From the NCBI GenBank assembly GCA_964016885.1, contig OZ024741.1, positions 230,020,001 to 230,084,000 of the forward strand: a DNA stretch of 64,000 nt, given 5' to 3'. Shown here one piece after another: positions 54,475 through 64,000 of the stretch (within the stretch, counting starts at the first letter, position 1; every line of letters starts with the position of its first letter). Under the pieces are notes generated by a model. That model was not told the DNA's origin. It ran no database searches and saw only the letters and a list, made by a program, of their open reading frames with translations. Position numbers and translations under genes: made by a program. This stretch comes from Eledone cirrhosa. Taxonomy: Eukaryota.

Positions 54475-55615
54475 CATATCGTTGCTGTTAATTCTTGTTA
54501 GAGTTCGGGCGATGTCATTATAAATACCCTGGACATGTTAAACCTGGTGGAAACCATCCTTTCTCGAACTCAGAAGAATGCCGATTTTTTCCCATAGAAA
54601 ACCAGGGTTAGCTATCAAGAAAGTGATAAACAAATATAGAGGAAGAATCGACCTCAGTATCGAGCAGGTACTTTATTTATCGACCTTAAATAAATGATAA
54701 ACACAGTTGTCTTCAGTGGGATTTGAACCCAGAGTGCAGAACCTCAGAATGAATATCTCAAAGCATTCTATCCGACCCAATTCTCCAATTCCTTTTACAT
54801 ATTATTTCATATTTTGATGTTGGCGACTTCTATTCATTTTATATATACATTTATAGTGTTGGTAAATTTCGTAAGAAATATATAAATTTCATAAAGCACT
54901 CAATCCGTGGGATGAGATTGGATTATACAAAATGTTTTTATTGCATCAATATTACATTTTCCGAATACACGTGATTTACTGAGTGAGTTAAGCAGACTCA
55001 GTCAAATTTTCAGTTCGGCCATCTTTGAATTGTTGTATTTGTTTAATTCTCTTTCTGTGAAAAAAGCGTTCAAGAAACGGATAATATGTATTAGTATTTA
55101 GGTGTGTAGAAAGACAGCAAAAGGGAGATAACCTTTTTTGGTAGAATGACATGAAGGGAGCTAAATTATTTTGTACTTAAATGTAATGAGAAAACAGTTG
55201 TTAAGGACATTTGGATACTATACGGGTAAGATCTGATAAGGAAGAGATAAGGTGGGTGAGTGGGAGGAATGCAAGTGAGGGCACTATCTTAGGCGGTTCA
55301 CCTGATGTTAATGACACATGTTGTCTATATTGAAGCAGAGTATTCTTAGGGAGATGTGAGTTGTATCAAGAGGTATTGATTGTGGTCTGTGAATTAGAGA
55401 TTCATAGTCAGGATGTTTCCACTTTAAGGATGTTTGGACATGTATGTGCAGCGGTTCCAGTTATTTGTGGACTCCTTGACTCACACAGTGAAAAACAAGT
55501 ATTCTGAAAATTTACTGATATATATAAAAAAAAATGCTAAATACATATATAAACTCATACACACATACGTACAAACATACATAAATACATGCATATATAT
55601 ATATATATATATATA

Positions 55616-56050
55616 TATAAACGTTAGAATATGTGTAATAAGGCCAAGACAATGCAGATATGGACATAGAAAAAGAATGCAATAGTGAGAGATATTGATG
55701 AGAATTCGTCTTTCACCTTGAATTTATTTAAATGTCCTTAATTTTCGAGATAATATCTCTTCTTCGGAGGGAAGTAAAAGTCTCAGACCAGCGTCTAAAT
55801 TTCCAATGAAGCCATGCTTCATTGGAAATTTAGACGCTGGTCTGAGACTTTTACTTCCCTCCGAAGAAGAGATATTATCTCGAAAATTAAGGACATTTAA
55901 ATAAATTCAAGGTGAAAGACGAATTCTCATCAATATCTCTCACTATTGCATTCTTTTTCTATGTCCATATCTGCATTGTCTTGGCCTTATTACACATATT
56001 CTAACGTTTATACCTCATTACACAATGCTTCAAGTGAACTATAACCTCCT

Positions 56051-56052
<2 letters not shown>
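55616..56052. repeat. Essentially perfect foldback palindrome (about 197-bp arms, 3-nt loop) plus a 40-bp tail, in (TA)n
   Basis: Centre GAAGC-CAT-GCTTC at 55808-55820, with arms 55616-55812 and 55816-56012. Confidence 0.95.
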
Positions 56053-56140
<88 letters not shown>

Positions 56141-56326
56141 TATTCATTAAAATAACAGATTAAAGTTTAAGCAAAGAATCGCTGCTTTCACCCTTAACGG
56201 GATCTTCTGAAACTAAAAAAGTCAATCTGTGAACGCAGAAGTAAATATTTCAAAAAACATTGCAGCCGAAGGAAGACAGGAAGACGATATTTTGGTTCGT
56301 GGAAACGTTCCCTGTCAAAGAACGGA

Positions 56327-56400
<74 letters not shown>

Positions 56401-56690
56401 GAACGAGTAAGACCCCGACGGCTGAGCTCAAGCCGCTACGGCTTGAGCTCAGCCGTGAGGGTCCTACTCGTTCCTATATATATATAGGAAGTATTGAGTA
56501 CTTTGGTGCGTTATGGTCCATCTGGTTCCTTACCACTTTTCCTTCGTTACATATATATATAGTTTTCATTTATTTAATATCATTCTATAATATATATATA
56601 TGTAGGAGGTCAGCTTTATTGTAGTACAATAAAGCAATACAGATATCGGATAAGAAGTACTCTACAGTTTGTAGGACTGGAGTATAAATA

Positions 56691-57023
56691 ATATATAAGA
56701 TCAAAAGATGGTTAAAAGAGTTCCATGTATTTTATTATGCGCATTTCAAAAACAAATATCATCATGCAATAACATTTGCGTTTTCGTCAGATAAAATAGG
56801 GAGACATGATATGAAGGTTAAAACACACTTGTGAATAGTGCAGTTTTAAATCAACATATCAACATATGTTGATTTAAAAGTGCACTATTCACAAGTGTGT
56901 TTTAACCTTCATATCACATCTCCCTATTTTATCTGACGAAAACGCAAATGTTATTACATGATGATATTTGTTTTTGAAATGCGCATAATAAAATACATGG
57001 AACTCTTTTAACCATCTTTTGAT

Positions 57024-57032
<9 letters not shown>
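56691..57032. repeat. Foldback palindrome with about 168-bp arms
   Basis: Centre near 56861. Arm and flank sequences recur at 44246-44360. Confidence 0.9.
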
Positions 57033-57100
<68 letters not shown>

Positions 57101-57361
57101 TTATATAAATGGAAACTATATTTATAAAACCATATTTATTCTATTATATATATTTCAAGGATACCAACATTTTGGTACGCTATCATCAGATAAAATACGA
57201 AGTGTGTTTTATAAATTTTGACATAACCAAGGAAAATATACCTTAACGGTTCAAGTTTTAATATCATTGAATATTATACTCCAGAAAATATGTCGAGTGC
57301 TTTGCATCAGTTATAAACATTTATATTTGTTGAATTACCAACAAATTGAATATCCCTTCTG

Positions 57362-57413
<52 letters not shown>

Positions 57414-57434
57414 CACACACATACACACACACAG

Positions 57435-57562
<128 letters not shown>

Positions 57563-57581
57563 GGAGTGAGAGAGAGAGGGA

Positions 57582-57623
<42 letters not shown>

Positions 57624-57659
57624 GAGAGAGAGAGAGAGAAAGTAGTGTAGTTAATACGA

Positions 57660-58166
57660 AGCATCGTGAGATATGTAATAAACCCAGTAGATTTGTTATC
57701 TCTGTCCGGAGATCGAAACACTCCTCCATTCCTTTACTCCCCATTTGGTTTCCCTTTCCAGAACAACGTATAGCCACCACCTCTTCCTAATAGATGACCT
57801 TGCCCATTAAGATGGGTTTCAGAGAGTGCAGCTATATCAATATTATATCTGCTCAACTGTCTGCCAACAATAACAGTCCTGCGTTCTGGATTTGTTGAAG
57901 GCTCGCTGTCAAGAAGTGTTCGTATGTTCCACGTTGCAACATACAGTGCTATTTTATTCTTTTGAAAATTATTGTTTTTCTTCTTGTTTCTCTTGCGGGT
58001 ATGAACAGCCGTCTGTCGCAGACTGCTCACCCGCTTGATAGTGGAGCAGACAATGTTTGGGTCACCTTTACTAGACCTCTCCCAAGATTTGGATGAGCTG
58101 TGGTCTCCTTAGAAAGGGTTGCTCAGTCACATACATGTTACCAGTAGCACTCAGAAGGGACCTGTC
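57660..58166 (-). mobile_element. RTE LINE 5' end with APE endonuclease start
   Basis: YVATWNIRTLLD...PERRT...LSRYNIDIAALSETHL...GGGYTLFWKGK. Confidence 0.9.
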
Positions 58167-58580
58167 ATAATATATATATATCAGGGGTAGTGGAAGCATT
58201 TCTGAATTGGGGGTGGTGGGCAAATTTGAACAATTTAGTCGTAGTGAATAGTTTAGCTCTTTACACTCTAAAATGGTCAAAAATTTTCGATATACGATAA
58301 ATATAACATGTACACACATTGTAGCGCATATGCAAATAGTTGTGTGTTTTGGTAGTTTGAGGAGAAAGTATAATTATTGGAGGAGGTCATACCCCCCCCC
58401 CATCTCCCTCATCACTGTATATATATAATTAGAAAGAATTACACTCTGTGCCCTTTTAATATGTCGGGTTTCTTCGCATTTGGTAAGAAACTGGTATTAT
58501 ATACAATTTATTCATCTCCTATATATATATATATATATATATACAGTGTATATATATATAAATAAATACATATATATATA

Positions 58581-59680
58581 TATTTAATACATTAACAGAG
58601 AAAGCCTTAAGCGATATTCCATCTCACTCAACAAACATTAGGATATACCTAAGTATTTTCCCAATTTAGTGTTTCGGGTGCTAACTAATCAGTATTTCGT
58701 GGATAGCTGGTTGTATTATTTTATATGAGACATAATTAAATAGATATTTCTTTCCTTCCAGACGATCGTTTCGTTATAAGATTTCTACAATTTGGGATAA
58801 ATAATGTCCAGGTTATGTAGAAACTTGCATATAATCCATAGTTTTATACACAAGCGGGCTCTTATAAACTCATCAGTGGATGCCCAAATAATATCGATAT
58901 AAAAATTACTTCGACATTAATAGATTAGTGATGGTCTCCTTCGGCGCTAAAAAGAGACTGGTAGATTCGAAAATCCAGCAGTCCTCCCAAAGATAAAATA
59001 CACGCTACCCCCAAGAGGGTAAGGGGAGGTCATCTTAAAAAATAAAACAATATACACGCTGGTCATTAAAACCTGTTAGGTATTATAACCAAGTGTTTAA
59101 GAACTCAATTGGATATTAAAAGAATAACCATATGTATACACAATCAATGCACACATAGAGATATTGAAACATAACAAATACATGTATGGAACACCCATAT
59201 ACACACATAGCTATTCTCTAAGGCTAAATCAGACATGGGATTTAAGGAAGATCAATCAGTATTTCATATAAAAAATAATAATAATAACGAGAGTCATACC
59301 TTATATCTGGAAATCATATCCGGCTACCAAGAGTATATATTTAATACATTAACAGAGAAAGCCTTAAGCCATATTCTGACCAAATCCATCTCACTCAACA
59401 AACATTAGGATATACCCAAGTATTTTCCCAATTTGGTGTTTGGGGTGCTAACTAATCAGTATTTCGTGGATAGCTGGTTGTATTATTTTATAAGACTTAA
59501 TTAACTAAATATCTCTTTCCTTCCAGACGATCGTTTCGTTATAAGATTTCTACAATTCGGGACAAATAATGTCCAGGTTATGTAGAAACTTTTATATAAT
59601 CCACACTTTTATACAAAAGCGGGCTCTTATAAACTCATTAGTGGATGCGCAAATAATATCGATATAAAAATTACATCGAC
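58581..59680. repeat. Direct repeat of about 340 bp (period about 757 bp), non-coding
   Basis: TATTTAATACATTAACAGAGAAAGCCTTAAGC occurs at 58581 and 59338. An inverted partial copy lies at 61414-61495. Confidence 0.9.
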
Positions 59681-59747
59681 GTATATATATATGTATATAT
59701 ATATGTATATATATATATATAAAAATACATATATATAAGTGTGTGTG

Positions 59748-61117
<1,370 letters not shown>

Positions 61118-61144
61118 ATATTTATATATATACACACATATATA

Positions 61145-61224
<80 letters not shown>

Positions 61225-61238
61225 CATATATATGTGTG

Positions 61239-61312
<74 letters not shown>

Positions 61313-61356
61313 AATGTATTTATATATATATATATATAATTACACACACTTATATA

Positions 61357-61406
<50 letters not shown>

Positions 61407-61612
61407 TATGTATGTCGATGTAATTTTTATATCGATATTATTTGGGCATCCACTAATGAGTTTATAAGAGCCCGCTTGTGTATAAAACTATGGATCTTAA
61501 CGGGATCTTCTGAAACTAACAAACGACTTTGTTAGTTTCAGAAGATCCCGTTAAGGGTGAACGCAGCGATTCTTTGCTTAAACTTTAATCTGTTATTTTA
61601 ATAAATATTTAC

Positions 61613-61653
<41 letters not shown>

Positions 61654-61654
61654 C

Positions 61655-61819
<165 letters not shown>

Positions 61820-61823
61820 CATA

Positions 61824-61907
<84 letters not shown>

Positions 61908-61929
61908 CATACATACATATATATATATA

Positions 61930-62540
61930 TTTGGTGGCTGCCAACTCGTTTTCGAGTACGGCCACTACTTTATATCCATGTAGGAGAACCCCTACCAATG
62001 CGCTCAACGAGTGTGACATTTTAGTCCTGCGAGCGACTTGAAAACTCTGGTACAAACACTACACTTGTGACAATTATTGACACATAGTGCTGGGCCCCTG
62101 GTACCATGTGACGACAAGTGCAGAGAGATCTCCAGATATAAAGCAATGCCTGTGCTGTGAAGCTTTTATAGTGAGCAAAGGCACTGCACAAAGCCAGTCT
62201 CACTCTCTTAACCAAGATGATATTTACCAAAAAGAAGAACAATTCAACATCATTGGATACCATCAGGGTTGCAGGTGTTATATCAGAGTTTTCCTTCTCC
62301 TAGAATTCTGCCTTGACAAAGGCTAAGGGGTCATCTCTCCCGGTGATTTTGGATGGCTATTGACTCTTAAGAGCCCCTTTGCCTCTTGACAGGTTTTGTT
62401 TTTAGTCCTGCAGGATGTCCAAAGCCACCCTCCTCACCAAGAAACCGTGGTGGGGTTGCCAGTTTAGTCGCCAACGACCCGACCATGAGACAAGTTGTAC
62501 TGGGATACATGTTACCAGTAGCACCAACTGGTGACCTGAC
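61930..62540 (-). mobile_element. RTE LINE 5' fragment (5'UTR and degenerate APE endonuclease)
   Basis: Shares the GCTACTGGTAACATGTA 5' motif. The downstream minus strand is a decayed endonuclease-type region ending ...[21 protein letters not shown]. Confidence 0.65.
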
Positions 62541-62556
62541 ACATATATATACATAC

Positions 62557-62603
<47 letters not shown>

Positions 62604-62608
62604 CATAC

Positions 62609-62691
<83 letters not shown>

Positions 62692-63082
62692 GTATTAAGG
62701 ATACTATTTATGGTTATGTATGTAATAAAACCTTTAATGGTAATATATTATTTATACAAACCTTAAATAGTGAAAGATAGTCATTAATTACTATCCTATT
62801 ACCAGTAAGATAAATAGCTCAATGTAATAACATCAGTTGTTTTACAGAGCAGTTATATAGAGATTACAATAATCAAAGTTCAGTTTAAGTCATTTATTTG
62901 CTTACAATTGTTTCCTCCAAACCGAGGTTTGGGTTCTTCGGAGCAATTATTTACTGATCTATAACATACTTGACCTCCTTTTCAACCCAAGAGACATATA
63001 AAACATATGCGCATATTGATCAACAGTGGGGTGACATTCATCAAATGATATAGCATGGCAATTTACATATAAAGGTTACAGG

Positions 63083-63310
63083 ATAAAAATAAAAATAAAA
63101 ATAAAAATAAAAATAAAAATAAAAATAAAAATAAAAATAAAAATAAAAATAAAAATAAAAATAAAAATAAAAATAAAAATAAAAATAAAAATAAAAATAA
63201 AAATAAAAATAAAAATAAAAATAAAAATAAAAATAAAAATAAAAATAAAAATAAAAATAAAAATAAAAATAAAAATAAAAATAAAAATAAAAATAAAAAT
63301 AAAAATAAAA
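63083..63310. repeat. Perfect (ATAAAA)n hexanucleotide array
   Basis: About 228 bp of uninterrupted ATAAAA units. Confidence 0.97.
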
Positions 63311-64000
63311 ACAAAAATGAAAATAAAGATAAACATGAAGCGTTGGCAGTCTATGAAGATAAAGCAAGAGGAAAGTTTAGAGTAGTCAGTGTATGAAACA
63401 ATCTCACGTGTAGCATGCACGCGTGTCTTATTTATACATGATTAGAGTGCGTCGGAATGATAATTGCAGGGTCAGGCAGTTGAAGCAGGCAATCGATCTT
63501 ATTATGTGGGCTGAATTATTGAGTCATTTATTCGCATACATCTGTATGATATACAGTCCCGGATGCAGGTAAACACCAAAATATCAAAAACTTTCAACAT
63601 ACCATAAACCTTATTGTATCGTAGGCAAAGCCGTACCACTGTCTTCGCTCACACCACCAATCACATAATCCATGAGACGCAATATATAGAACACGTGTCT
63701 ATCGTATAATTCACGATGGTTCAGCATATAATCAAGTTATAAACCGTATCTAGTCGGTTCTTAATTAATAGATCATGCTGTTTAGATTCCGGAAGTGTCT
63801 GAATGACTAAGGGGAATTAAAGTGTAAGGGGAGGTAACTAGCTAGTTATCTTAGTTAAATTATTATCCTAAACTACATTAATGGTGATTCAAATACGTGC
63901 CTATCATATGAAGTTATAACTAATTTCTAGAGTATGTTTCCCATTTATAGGTTAGAGAGTTGTCCATTAAGAAGTACAAGGGTGTATATATTAGGATGAT

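Overview
AT-rich, repeat-saturated animal genomic DNA. The SINE families and dense (TA)n/(CATA)n/(CT)n microsatellites suggest a cephalopod such as octopus, but that is an inference. Almost all long ORFs in the supplied track are microsatellite artefacts (poly-IY, poly-SL). The real coding remnants are retroelements: four GIY-YIG Penelope-like elements (PLEs), several RTE LINEs, a CR1-like and an L1/Tx1-like 3' end, and an R4/Dong-type RLE element in (CATA)n. There is also a non-autonomous Helitron, MITEs and many tRNA-derived SINEs. One plausible host gene is present: a 94-aa secreted precursor on the minus strand (5605-5889) with a CC-X5-C-X3-C peptide and a candidate CRE/TATA promoter. The (TA)n tracts host many PLE-type insertions that form foldback hairpins or tandems, and several carry minimal hammerhead ribozymes. 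The most striking observation is a hammerhead-like RNA whose three core strands occur in a non-circularly permuted (pseudoknotted) order. It is present in each unit of a 621-bp tandem (12224-13953) and in a highly diverged copy near 22.8 kb, with compensatory changes in four helices and identical spacing. All pairings and coordinates were read by eye; repeat boundaries are approximate.
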